A stretch of DNA of 64,000 bases from Salinispira sp. (GTDB taxonomy: Bacteria > Spirochaetota > Spirochaetia > DSM-27196 > Salinispiraceae). The stretch covers positions 228,528 through 292,527 of the forward strand of contig CBDDDG010000022.1 of assembly GCA_965226555.1 (NCBI GenBank), written 5' to 3'. Positions 30,733 to 41,124 of this stretch are shown piece after piece. Position numbers and translations under genes: made by a program. Every line of letters starts with the position of its first letter. The first letter of the stretch is position 1. The notes beneath the pieces are model-generated. The model had not been told where the DNA came from and searched no databases. It worked only from the letters and a program-made list of their open reading frames with translations.

Positions 30733-31544
30733 GTACCGCGCCCATTCTTGAACTGAACGAGCTGAGTATGGTGTTTGGCGGGCTCAGGGCTGTCGATGAG
30801 GTGAGCGCCGTTGTCAATTCCGGCGAAATTGTGAGCATTATCGGCCCGAATGGGGCAGGAAAGACCACCCTCTTTAATTGTGTTACGGGGTTTTATCGCC
30901 CGACATCGGGAAACATTGTTGTGCATGTTCCTGAGGACAGCAGGGAAGGGAGAAGCGGCAGGAGCTTTCAGCTGAGAGGGGCGAGTGTGGATCGCATATC
31001 AAACATTGGTCTGGCTCGTACCTTTCAGAACATTCGGCTTTTTCAGAATATGACTGTTCTGGAGAATGTGCTCATTGGTCGGCATACGCGCATGAAGCAG
31101 GGACTGTGGGCGGCAATTATCCGTTCGAAGGGCTTTCTCGCTGAGGAGGCGCAGTCGGCGCAGTCGGCGGTGAAATATCTGCGAATTATGGGACTGGAAC
31201 AGAAGCTCAACGATCTTGCAAAGAACCTCTCCTACGGCGATCAGCGGAGGCTTGAAATTGCCCGCGCTCTGGCAACGGAGCCCTTCCTCCTCCTGCTCGA
31301 TGAACCGGCTGCCGGCATGAATCCGCAGGAAACAGCCGCGCTGAACAGAGATATTCAAGGTCTGCGAGATGAGGAGAACATGACCATTCTCCTCATCGAA
31401 CACGACATGAACCTCGTCATGGCACTTTCAGAGCGCATTTATGTTATGGACTATGGACGTCTTATTGCCAGCGGCAGGCCGGAGGAAATTCGCAGGAATC
31501 CCGATGTCATACGGGCATACCTCGGAGAGAATCCCGATGCTTGA
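30729..31544 (+). CDS. livG: Branched-chain amino acid ABC ATP-binding protein
   Basis: GPNGAGKTT, ARTFQNIRLF, LSYGDQRRLE and LDEPAAGMN. Confidence 0.95.
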   Translation: MSTAPILELNELSMVFGGLRAVDEVSAVVNSGEIVSIIGPNGAGKTTLFNCVTGFYRPTSGNIVVHVPEDSREGRSGRSFQLRGASVDRISNIGLARTFQNIRLFQNMTVLENVLIGRHTRMKQGLWAAIIRSKGFLAEEAQSAQSAVKYLRIMGLEQKLNDLAKNLSYGDQRRLEIARALATEPFLLLLDEPAAGMNPQETAALNRDIQGLRDEENMTILLIEHDMNLVMALSERIYVMDYGRLIASGRPEEIRRNPDVIRAYLGENPDA

Positions 31545-32245
31545 ACTTAAGAATGTCAATACCTATTACGGCAATATCCATGCACTCAAAGATATTTCGC
31601 TAACACTCAATGAAGGAGAAATTGTCACGCTCATTGGCGCGAACGGGGCGGGGAAATCGAGCGCGCTCATGTCCATTTCGGGAATTACGGCGGCGAGGAG
31701 CGGCAGTATTAATTTTGAGGGGAAGGAAATATGCGGCATGCCTCCAGATGAAATTGTTCGGCTCGGCATTGTTCAGGTTCCCGAAGGGAGGCGGATATTT
31801 CCGCAGTTGAGCGTTTATGAGAATCTGGAGCTGGGCGCCTTTCTCCGGCGTGACGCCCGGGAAGTTACCCGCGATATTGATCATGTATTCGGTCTCTTTC
31901 CCCCGCCTAGCTGACCGACGGAGACAGCAGGGCGGTACGCTTTCGGGGGGCGAGCAGCAGATGCTTGCCATATCGCGAGGACTCATGGCCCGTCCGCGTC
32001 TTCTTCTGCTCGATGAACCCTCTCTCGGTCTTGCGCCCCTGCTTGTTCAGCAAATATTTGAAATTATTACCCGCATTAACCGTGAAAGTTCGGTAACCAT
32101 TTTTCTGGTGGAACAGAACGCGCACATGGCTCTGAAGGTGGCAGCGCGGGCCTATGTTCTTGAAACGGGCAAAATCATTATGGCAGATAGCGCTGGGAAT
32201 CTTGCTGAAAATGAGGACGTGAAAAAGGCCTACCTGGGAATATAG
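31537..32245 (+). pseudogene. livF: Branched-chain amino acid ABC ATP-binding protein with an extra C in a C5 run (31900-31904); may be an assembly error
   Basis: GANGAGKS in one frame and FPRL..LSGGEQQMLAI in the next. Confidence 0.85.
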
Positions 32246-32340
32246 GGCGTGCCGTGGTCAGAGCGCTTGTGCGGGGGTTACTGAAAGCCTGCGCAATGCC
32301 TGCCTTTTGCAGGATCAGCGCCTGTGATCGTGCGCGGGGG

Positions 32341-33249
32341 CTACTGGAGGGGGCGGAAGTCGCTTTGCGGTACTTTTTTTTCCGCTTCTATCCGGGGATC
32401 GGCGGGTTCTTTTCCGTCATAGATCCCTGCGGTAGTATTTCTTTCTATATGTTCAATAATTTTCTGTATTATGTTTTCGAAGGCAGCGGCAAGCGGTTCT
32501 GATGAAGGGCCTTCAAGAAAGGGAACCCCCGAATCTCCCGCTGCGACAATTGCCGGGTCCATGGGAACTTCACCAAGAAAGGGCAGCCCTGTTTCTTCCG
32601 CAGCGCGTTTTCCTCCCCCATCTCCAAAGAGCCGGGTCTTCTCTCCGCAGCTCGGACAGATATAGGTACTCATATTTTCAATGATGCCGAGAACGGGTAA
32701 ATTGAGTTTACGGGCAAAAGTGATACTTTTCCGACTGTCAAGAATCGCCACATCCTGAGGAGTGGTAACAATAAGCACTCCCTTCATCTGGGGAATGAGC
32801 TGGGCGGTAGTCAATGCCTCATCGCCTGTTCCCGGAGGGGTATCGATGATGAGATAGTCCAGTGCTCCCCACAGGACATCGCCGAGGAACTGCCGGACAA
32901 GGCCTATTTTCATGGGACCCCGCCATATGAGCGCTTCTTCCGGATTATACCCAACCAGGGCAATACTGGCTGCATGGAGATTCGGTTTAACCTCCACCGG
33001 AGTAACGGATTCCTCGGTGCCTCCAAAGCGTTTCTGTTCAATGCCGAGCATCTTGGGGATGTTCGGACCGTGAATGTCTACATCCATAATACCGACCCGA
33101 TGACCTTCGCGGGCAAGTGCATAGGCCAGATTCACCGACACCGTACTTTTACCCACACCGCCCTTTCCGCTGAGCACAGTAATAATGTTACCGATTTTTT
33201 TCAGATTTTCATAAATGCGAATGTCCTGTACATGTTTGTTGGATTGCAT
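32341..33249 (-). CDS. mrp: Mrp/NBP35 (ApbC) iron-sulfur cluster carrier ATPase
   Basis: SGKGGVGKST, DVDIHGP, WRGP, DTPPGTGD and ENMS..CPSC. Confidence 0.95.
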   Translation of the reverse strand: MQSNKHVQDIRIYENLKKIGNIITVLSGKGGVGKSTVSVNLAYALAREGHRVGIMDVDIHGPNIPKMLGIEQKRFGGTEESVTPVEVKPNLHAASIALVGYNPEEALIWRGPMKIGLVRQFLGDVLWGALDYLIIDTPPGTGDEALTTAQLIPQMKGVLIVTTPQDVAILDSRKSITFARKLNLPVLGIIENMSTYICPSCGEKTRLFGDGGGKRAAEETGLPFLGEVPMDPAIVAAGDSGVPFLEGPSSEPLAAAFENIIQKIIEHIERNTTAGIYDGKEPADPRIEAEKKVPQSDFRPLQ

Positions 33250-33266
33250 ACTTCATGTATACTGTA

Positions 33267-34037
33267 ATGGATATGAGCGGACATACACAAGGCGCCCTTC
33301 CTGAACCCTCTGAAAGAATTATTATTGCTCATGAACTATTGCGAAAAGAATACGATGAATATACGACCCTTCTGGAATACCGGAATGCCTGGGAGCTTTT
33401 AATAGCGGTTTCACTTTCTGCCCAGACAACAGATGCGCAGGTAAACAAAGTAGTCGGGCCCCTGTTCGCCCGCTGGCCGGAACCCGGCGATCTGGCTGAG
33501 GCGCCCCTGTCGGAAATTGAAGAGCGTATTCACGGTACCGGATTTTACCGGAACAAGGCCAGGAATGTTCGGGCTGCGGGAAGGGTTATACGGGATAATT
33601 TCAACGGAGTAGTACCGAATACCATTGATGAACTTGTTACCGTTCCGGGAATTGGGCGTAAATCGGCAGGAGTTATCCTCCATCATATTTTCAATAAACC
33701 AGCTATTATTGTCGATACCCACTTTGGCAGGGTCTGCAGTCGCTTGGGACTTCTACACTGTGGCCCCGCGGAAAAAAAGCCCGATCCTCTTCGCAGCGAA
33801 CAACGAATTGCGGAACTCATGGAACCTTCGCGCTGGGGCAGCTTTTCCATGGTTGCAAACCTCCACGGCAGACGCTACTGCATGTCCCGCAACCCCAACT
33901 GCGCCCCCTGCCCCCTGCGGGAAATATGCGCCTACAAGCGTCTGTACCATGGGCAGGAAACCCCGACCCCGCCTCCGACCCCGACCCCGCATCCGACCCC
34001 GCCTCCGACCCCGAAGACCGGTAGCCCTCATGGCTGA
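33267..34037 (+). CDS. nth: Endonuclease III (start uncertain)
   Basis: LSAQTTD, HhH motif PGIGRKSA, VDTH and C-x6-C-x2-C-x5-C. Confidence 0.92.
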   Translation: MDMSGHTQGALPEPSERIIIAHELLRKEYDEYTTLLEYRNAWELLIAVSLSAQTTDAQVNKVVGPLFARWPEPGDLAEAPLSEIEERIHGTGFYRNKARNVRAAGRVIRDNFNGVVPNTIDELVTVPGIGRKSAGVILHHIFNKPAIIVDTHFGRVCSRLGLLHCGPAEKKPDPLRSEQRIAELMEPSRWGSFSMVANLHGRRYCMSRNPNCAPCPLREICAYKRLYHGQETPTPPPTPTPHPTPPPTPKTGSPHG

Positions 34038-35118
34038 TGTAGGGGCGCTTATCCGCAATGAGGGCATAAAATACTGGGCTGTTGCCGATGTGGAATCTGC
34101 AAATTCCCGTGAGAAAGTAATTTCGCAGTATAGGCAATGGATTATGGAAAAACGTCATGGCGACATGCGCTATCTTGAAAACCATGAACCCATGAAATAT
34201 CACCCTGAAAAAATTCTGCCCGGCACCCGTTCAATTATTGTGATGGCGCTGAGCTATTTCACCGGCCGTCAATCTTCAAAACCCAACACACCCCCGGAGA
34301 AGGGCGGAACCTCCGCCCCCGCAGCTGAAAAAGATGGTAAAATTTCAAACTATGCGCTTGGAAGAGACTATCATCGGGAGTTTGGCAAGCGACTGAAACG
34401 TATTGTACGGAAACTGCAGGCATCCTTTCCCGAGGATCAATTCCGTTCCTTTACCGACACCGCCCCGCTGCATGAACGCTACTATGCTGAACGTGCGGGT
34501 ATGGTTTTCACCGGCCGCAACACGCTGAGCCTCCACCGCGAACTCGGCAGTTTTTTCTTTCTCGGCGAAATACTGAGCACCCTCCGCTTTCCCGCGCTCC
34601 CCCGGCAGAACGAAGCCTGTTCCCACTGCCCGCAGGGCTGTACCCGCTGCATTGATGTGTGCCCGACCGGCGCCCTTGAATCGCCCTTTCGCATCAATGC
34701 TTCCCGCTGCATCTCCTATCTGACCATTGAACACAGCGGCCCAATTCCCGAGGAACTGCGTCCGCTCATGGGAAATTGGATATTCGGCTGTGACCTTTGT
34801 CAGGATGTCTGTCCATTCAATATCCGTGCAAAAATAACAGATGTCCAAGCATTCCGCCAGCCGCTCATCAGCTCACGACAGAATTTAGCCCGTATTCTCG
34901 CGCTCAAAACCCATGAAGAATTTTCCCGAACATTCGCCGGAACCCCCGTTATGCGCGCAGGACGGGTAAAGCTCATACGCAATGCCCTCATCGCTGCGGC
35001 AAACACAGATAATCGGGAACTCCTGCCGCGCATCCGCTCCCTCAGCGCCGATCCTAATGACACAATACGCGATGCTGCTGTCTGGGCGCTCAATAAAATA
35101 GAATCTCGGGCAGGGTAA
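34030..35118 (+). CDS. queG: Epoxyqueuosine reductase
   Basis: YALGRDYH, DTAP, CTRCIDVCPT, CISYLTIE and FGCDLCQDVCPFN; start MADV overlaps the nth stop. Confidence 0.93.
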   Translation: MADVGALIRNEGIKYWAVADVESANSREKVISQYRQWIMEKRHGDMRYLENHEPMKYHPEKILPGTRSIIVMALSYFTGRQSSKPNTPPEKGGTSAPAAEKDGKISNYALGRDYHREFGKRLKRIVRKLQASFPEDQFRSFTDTAPLHERYYAERAGMVFTGRNTLSLHRELGSFFFLGEILSTLRFPALPRQNEACSHCPQGCTRCIDVCPTGALESPFRINASRCISYLTIEHSGPIPEELRPLMGNWIFGCDLCQDVCPFNIRAKITDVQAFRQPLISSRQNLARILALKTHEEFSRTFAGTPVMRAGRVKLIRNALIAAANTDNRELLPRIRSLSADPNDTIRDAAVWALNKIESRAG

Positions 35119-35202
35119 TTTCTCAGCTCATTGCCGGAATAGGATGAGTAGTCGCGGTTGCCCTCATGCTGTTGGACGGGTAATTTCTCAGCTCATCGCC
35201 GG
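35113..35202. repeat. 25-bp direct repeat pair around a 40-bp insert
   Basis: gggtaatttctcagctcat(t/c)gccgg at 35113-35137 and 35178-35202. Confidence 0.8.
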
Positions 35203-35891
35203 CGATATTGTTTCAGATCAATGTGTATGAGAGATTTCCAGAAGATATTGAGGCCGCCCATCTCTTTTTCTATCTCCAGCTTAACAAGATGGATGGTACA
35301 GCGCCTAATATGCATCGTCATCTCTGTGAAAAGAGCAGAGCTATCATTCTGTTTATATCCTTCCAATTTCCAGATCAGGGGGGCGCAAATCTGAATGTCA
35401 GTATCCATGAGAGGGAAGGGCGGCGATTGTGGAGAAGCATCGCACATACGATTACCGTATGTACCGCAAAAATACCGCAGATCAGGTAATGCCCCTCCCT
35501 GCGCTTCTACTGCCAGCCCGCCCAAAGAACCCGGCAGAGAACCCTGCAAGCCCGCCGCTGCCGATCCGCCCGGCAAACCCGGCACCCGGGAACCCGCCTC
35601 CGGCAAAGAACCGGAAAAGTCCAGCAGGCGGGGAAGTACAGTAAACAGGGGAGACGAATAATAAGCCGAACTTCGGTCGCGGCGAATAATCATATCCGAT
35701 GCCTTCTGTCTATTCGGGAGCCAGAAGGGTCTTTGGGGGGAATGCGGCAAAGAAAAATCACTCAGGAGAAAAAGAAACCAAGGGGGAAGTGCCAGCGCAA
35801 AATTATACTGCTGTGAATCAGAAAACAGGCGGCGGCTTCTTTCAATAAAGTGTTTGATCGTTCCCTGCGGTTCTATCCAGATACTGAACAT
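35193..35891 (-). CDS. Hypothetical protein
   Basis: Open frame of about 232 aa convergent on queG; no motif recognised. Confidence 0.5.
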   Translation of the reverse strand: MFSIWIEPQGTIKHFIERSRRLFSDSQQYNFALALPPWFLFLLSDFSLPHSPQRPFWLPNRQKASDMIIRRDRSSAYYSSPLFTVLPRLLDFSGSLPEAGSRVPGLPGGSAAAGLQGSLPGSLGGLAVEAQGGALPDLRYFCGTYGNRMCDASPQSPPFPLMDTDIQICAPLIWKLEGYKQNDSSALFTEMTMHIRRCTIHLVKLEIEKEMGGLNIFWKSLIHIDLKQYRRR

Positions 35892-35996
35892 GTTATGTGT
35901 ATACATTGGGATATACGCATTTTGAACTGGGAATAGCCAGATCCACATCGGTATTCCGCTTCTTCAAAGGTTTCAGCGCAGGCCGAGCAACACCAA

Positions 35997-37121
35997 TTAA
36001 TGCGATCCGTTCCGCAATGTCCGCATTTCCTCATCGCTCAGCCCGGTAATTCTCTGAACAGCCTCGGTCGACAACCCTTCCAAAAACATACTGCGGGCAG
36101 TTTCTCGAATGCCTTCTTCACGACCTGTTCGCAGTCCTTCCTGTCGACCTGTCTGTAGCCCCTTCTGAAGTCCTTCTTCACGGCCTGTTTGCAATCCTGT
36201 CTGAAGTCCTTCCTGCCGACCTGTCTGCAATCCTTCTTCACGACCTGTTCGCAATCCTTCCTGCCGACCTGTCTGAAGTCCTTCTTCGCGGCCTTCCTGC
36301 CGACCCATCTCCGCAATGTGAGCTCTGAATGTTTCCGCATTCATTCTGAACATTTTCGCTACCTCCTTACCTCTCGGTTCTTTTGTTCTTTCTAATCTGT
36401 TCATTAACGTATCGAAGTCTATAACAATTCCGAACATCGAATCTACCACGCCGACAAATTCCTTTATCAGCTCCAGCGATTCCTCATTCAGCATTTCTGC
36501 TATCGCGTTCTCCACCTTCCGAATGTCCCAATCCGTATTCAGCAGATTTTTCGAGTACAGATCAAGGTACATAACAGCCGCAAACATTCTTCCCCGCTGC
36601 TGCAACTGCTCCGCAGAATAATCGGTCACGCGTATCAGATCGTAGGGAAAAGGAGCAAGATACTGCGGGAATTCCCGCTTCCGTTGCTTTCTGACATTCC
36701 CGGGCACCTTCCACCTTTGCTCTCCATTATAAAATACAATGGGCAGAAATACCAACTCGCAGTCATCGGGAATTGTTCCGGAGCTGCGAATGTTCCGGCA
36801 GAGAAGGTGCGTGTATTCCAACATGCGGAAGGGCATGTCTTTGTCCACTCCGGACTGATGCTCAAGGAGCACATAGATAGCAACATCTCCCGTGTGATCC
36901 CGAGTCCTGATTTTGCAGACAATGTCGGCCATTCGTGTTTTCGCATGGTCAATGAAAAAGGTACCGTTTTCAATGGTTATGTCCTCGGTTCGGAGTTTTT
37001 TCGTCCATGCGCCTCCGACAAAGCGTTGAAGAAATTGGAGCATTATTGCGGGTTGGAACAGCAGGGAGCGGTATCCTTGGTCGTAGGGAACGGGGGCGGG
37101 TTTTTCTTTGAAATCGATCAT
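35997..37121 (-). CDS. Intact Rpn family PD-(D/E)XK nuclease with a nested C-terminal ORF (35997-36353)
   Basis: SD aggagg plus ATG 37121; YDQGYRSLL, RMADIV, YVLLEHQS, MPFRMLEY, PIVFYNG and GR(Q/E)EG repeats. Confidence 0.92.
   Translation of the reverse strand: MIDFKEKPAPVPYDQGYRSLLFQPAIMLQFLQRFVGGAWTKKLRTEDITIENGTFFIDHAKTRMADIVCKIRTRDHTGDVAIYVLLEHQSGVDKDMPFRMLEYTHLLCRNIRSSGTIPDDCELVFLPIVFYNGEQRWKVPGNVRKQRKREFPQYLAPFPYDLIRVTDYSAEQLQQRGRMFAAVMYLDLYSKNLLNTDWDIRKVENAIAEMLNEESLELIKEFVGVVDSMFGIVIDFDTLMNRLERTKEPRGKEVAKMFRMNAETFRAHIAEMGRQEGREEGLQTGRQEGLRTGREEGLQTGRQEGLQTGLQTGREEGLQKGLQTGRQEGLRTGREEGIRETARSMFLEGLSTEAVQRITGLSDEEMRTLRNGSH
36110..36305 (-). repeat. 24-bp/12-bp in-frame tandem repeats encoding GR(Q/E)EGL(Q/R)T
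   Basis: About eight units visible in both DNA and protein. Confidence 0.85.
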
Positions 37122-37373
37122 ACAATCCTCCTGAAGGTTTTTCTGAACGTTTCTTTCTGAATAGGGGAGCTCCCATGGCGACATGGTCCCATGGTGAATT
37201 CTCCCCTCTATAATCTGTGACGGGTAAACTGTCATTTTTGATTGTGTATGTGGAAAGAATTTTGCAAAATGTGTGAATTTTTTGGGGGCGGGACGGGGAG
37301 GGCTCGGAAATGCGGGTAGTGGGACGGGAAGGATGGGCTCTCAAATGTTTATATCCCAAATTTGCAGAAATTA

Positions 37374-37631
37374 TGGGAAATAAACCTTTGGACAGACCCC
37401 TCCTCCCCAGTGTAAAACGAAGGTTATTCGTATACACTGGGGGTTAATGAAAAACATAAAAGGAGGGAAACAGTGAACAGCAGTATCACATATTCTCAGT
37501 ATCATCTCAAGTCTCGGAAGTATCAGGCGACTTCGATGTATGATTGGCGGATGGTTCGGTATGCCCAAGAGCATTCGATCAAGGCGGCTGGTCGGCGCTG
37601 TGCATCCTGCTCGCCCATGCGACCGGGATGA
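37374..37631 (+). mobile_element. Left end of an IS481-like element: inverted repeat, hairpin, SD and truncated transposase start
   Basis: tgggaaataaacctttggacagacccc is inverted relative to 25504-25530 and 54577-54603; SD aaggaggg plus GTG 37473 encodes RMVRYAQEHSIKAA (HTH-like). Confidence 0.65.
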
Positions 37632-38151
37632 AGTTCGCCGAGTACCTGCTGGAGCACCTGCGGAATCATGGCGGGGGGTCGACCGGAGTGAGGACATGGT
37701 ACTGAGCTGCATCCGCAAGGGGCTGTCGGTGTTCCAGGGCGATCTTGATGAGGGGCTGCGGGACTATCCGAGCCGGAGCTATGACTATGTCATTCTGAAT
37801 CAGACACTTCAGATGCTCCACGATCCCATGTTCCTGCTCAGGGAGATGAGCAGGGTCGGTAAGCGCGTCATTATCAATTTCCCGAATTTCGGGCATTATC
37901 TCAACCGGTTCCAGCTCATGTTTCTCGGACAGATGCCGGTGAACAAAAACATCCCCTACAGATGGCACAATACTCCCAACATCCATTTTTGCACCCGAAA
38001 AGACTTTATCCGCCTCTGCGCAGAACTCAAACTGCGCATTATGGGCGAAATCTGCCTCAACTCCCACGGTAAAACCGTAACACTGGGCAAAAACGTGCGC
38101 GCTTCCCAGGTTTGCATGCTTTTGCAGGGAGTTGATTCAGGGGGCGCGTGA
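37632..38151 (+). pseudogene. metW: 5'-truncated methionine biosynthesis protein MetW
   Basis: QGDLDEGL, YDYVILNQTLQ, FPNFGH and TPNIHFCT are present; the N-terminal SAM-binding DLGCG motif is absent. Confidence 0.8.
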
Positions 38152-38200
38152 TTATGGGTGATCCCCGGCCGTATGTGTTAACAGCAGCATTCGCATGGCG

Positions 38201-41124
38201 TCAATTATTTCCGTCATTGGCCAGATCATTGAGTATTGTTTTGATGTCTTGGTAATGGGTTTCTACAAAACGGATGCTAATTTTTTCCTCGCCGAGTGAT
38301 ATTGGAATTTCACAATTTTCCCTGCTGATAATTGCCTTTTTCAGGTCGTTCATTGCGGCATCACTTGGTATTATGAATTCAGTGTATTTGGCGGCGCAGA
38401 GAGGACAAAGGGCTAGGTACTGGGCATTATGTTCCTTTGGCAGGGACTCGGAGAGCAGCTCTTTTTTCTCGAAATAGTGTTGTCCGTCGTTTTTCCGAAA
38501 GGGCATTTCATTTTTGCAGATTTGGCAGACCATCTGGTCATCTTCGTTTGTATATTGGTTTCGGAGCCATGTTTTCGGGTCATTGTTGGGAGCGGATATG
38601 CGCACAATTCTTGTTCGTTTGTCATATTTCTTCGCTGGGGCATTGGATAATTGCTTGCCAATGCGCTCTTTACGTCGTTCGGGATTCTTCACCGGCCTGG
38701 TTGGGAAGTCCGGGCGGGCATTGCGGGCGGCCATGAATTTCCTGAATTCGGCGCGGTTGTCCCGGTACTCAGTAATCTCCTGAGGGCTGAAGCCAAGGTT
38801 TTTCTCAAATTCGCGCTGGTCGGTACTATCAACAATTTCAAGAATTTCGATAAGTTCAGTTGCGCCCAGGAATTCTTCACGGAGCTGGTCTGCGCTAATG
38901 TTACCCGGCTTTTCAAGTGATCCGTTCTTTGTTGGAATCCAATTGGCCTTTTTCAGCCGCACAAGGATCATGGATGAAATAGTGTCTACCCGTGATCTGT
39001 GATAGTACCATTCACACCTAGCTTTGAAAAAATGCGGGTCATGTTCTACGTGGCATTGGAGAAAACCCCATAACACGAATGCTAATGTTTTTTGTTCTTC
39101 GAAATTCGGGATATCCCTGATGGATTCCAGAAACTGCTTGAGCCCCTCCAAATAGTACGTTTTGATGATCAGTGGTGTAGTTGATCTTTGTGCTTCATCT
39201 GTCAATCCTCTTGATTTCAGCTCCTTCCACCGCTGTGGAGAAATTTCCCGTGTCTCTTTTTGTATTTGTTTGGAAAGTTTCCGCGGCAGTTTGGAAATTC
39301 CAAGATCGAGCCAGATATTGTCATCTATAGAGAAGGAGGCATATTCATCATGCAGAAACCATACTTCCTTGGCACTGGAAAAGTATTGGCGCAGTTCTGG
39401 CGTGTTGAGATAGATATTTTTGGGCGCTTCAAATACTATGTTGCCAGATACATTAATGGCCTTCAGAAAGGGTGTTTTCAATGCCGTGCTGCGGATATTT
39501 ATTCTTTCATCCTGAGGGCGTGTGCGCATGGCGTGAAGAATTTTGTGTATGTCTGAATGATGTTCGGCATTAGGAATTGAGTATCCGTCATCGTTTGTGT
39601 ACTTGGGAAGAATTTTCCTCACAATATCGTCAAAGACATTGAATTCCGAAAGACCAAGCTTTTTGAGGAATGCGCGAGCGTGTTCATCATCGGCGATGGA
39701 TCGTTTTACAATTGGGTAATCTGTTTTCTCCGGCAGCGGCGGGGGTAAAAAGGCATTGGGCTCGTTGGAAGTTCTGCCATCAGATATGAAGGGAATTACC
39801 TGTTCGCCAGTGTCCAGACGAATAATGGGCTTCGACCGCAGAATTTTCAAAAGGCTATCGTGGCTGTGCAGATACTTATAAAAACTAACAAACCACTCAT
39901 CTGGCTGCTCAGAAAGAAAGGATTGACTGATGCTTCGGGCAAAAATTTCAGAAGTCACTTCTGTCACTCCAAGTTCATCAGTCAGGTAGCGGTAGAGGTC
40001 ATATTTTCCGTTCTCAGTTATTTCCTTGGAAAGCCATTGTAGTGTGGTTTGGGATTGAAACAACTGGCAAAGCTGATCCTGCGTCAGTAACTGTTGGAGT
40101 TCAGCGCCGCGGGCCAGCCGAGCATTTGCGGGGGAAACAAAGGAACCGTCAGCGGCCGGGAGCAATTCGTTTTCAGTTAATGTCGTCATTATCGACTCAA
40201 CAATGGGGTAAAACATATCATCGTCTGAAAAATCTTCCATTCTGATCGGAAGCACCTCAAGGAATGACACCGAGAGCAAGCCAAGTTTCTTTATTTCAGA
40301 CAGAACATCTCCAACGAGCGCTGCGGTTTCCTTTACGAGTGTCTCATTCCATTCATCGTTTTTCGGGATATTGTCGCGAGCCGGTGTTGTTCGGTACGGT
40401 CCCTGAATAAGGAATCTAAACCGTGTTTCTTTCTCTGTGGGGAAATACACGATGAGAGGAGACTTTACAATTCTCATTATGCGCTCGGAGCTCTTTCCGA
40501 ACTTGTCATCCTCTGTCCCTAGGTGGAAACTAACCTCGACCCGGACTGATTCTGATGTGTCAGGCACAGTTGCCTGCCGTTCGAAAACAAGCCAGTGTTC
40601 CTCTTTCTCTTCATCCTCGTCTGTACTTTTGCCAATAATGCTAATTTTCCGGGCTGACCCCCGCGTATTTTCTTCACGGAGGTATATTCCGTCTGTTGCG
40701 TCCGGCAGTTTGTACTCAATTTCTCCGATGTTTCGGAGAAACAGAAGTGTTCTCCCGCTGAGGTTGCGCAGGCATTCGCCAATTTCCTTGCATGCGATTT
40801 CCGGTAATATTTCCTTGTGATTAAAAGGAAAAATAAAACGTGTGGTCTGCGATTCCCCTGTTGGTTTGGGATGCGCCTTGTAAGGGCGCACAATCCTCGT
40901 ACATCCTGCTCGTTGAAAAGGCGTCCGTCATGGCTGACCTCCAACCTGTCGGCGAAAAGGTTGAAGCGTATTCGGGTAGCGCCTGCGTCCTCAGCGTTCT
41001 GAAGAAGCTCAAAAACGAAGTGCGTTCGCTCTGTGTATAGTTGCCCCAGAAAAGACAGGTGGCGTGTTTCTTCACCGTACTTGCGGATATTGTTCTCTCG
41101 TATGTTGTCGTAGTCAGCGGGCAT
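38201..41124 (-). pseudogene. Sacsin-N/GHKL-like ATP-binding protein with C-terminal Zn/HNH-like domain; internal deletion and frameshift near 40890
   Basis: FELLQNAEDA and HDGRLF are in one frame; the remainder (TRFIFPF, LLFLRNI, FPT, IQGPY.TTPAR, CQIC, CPLC) is in another; the GxFGxGFKS motif is missing. Confidence 0.8.

Noticed and set aside
35113..35202. Repeat-spacer-repeat resembling a minimal CRISPR array
   Set aside because: Only two repeats, which overlap gene ends, and no cas genes or leader; better explained as a duplication scar.
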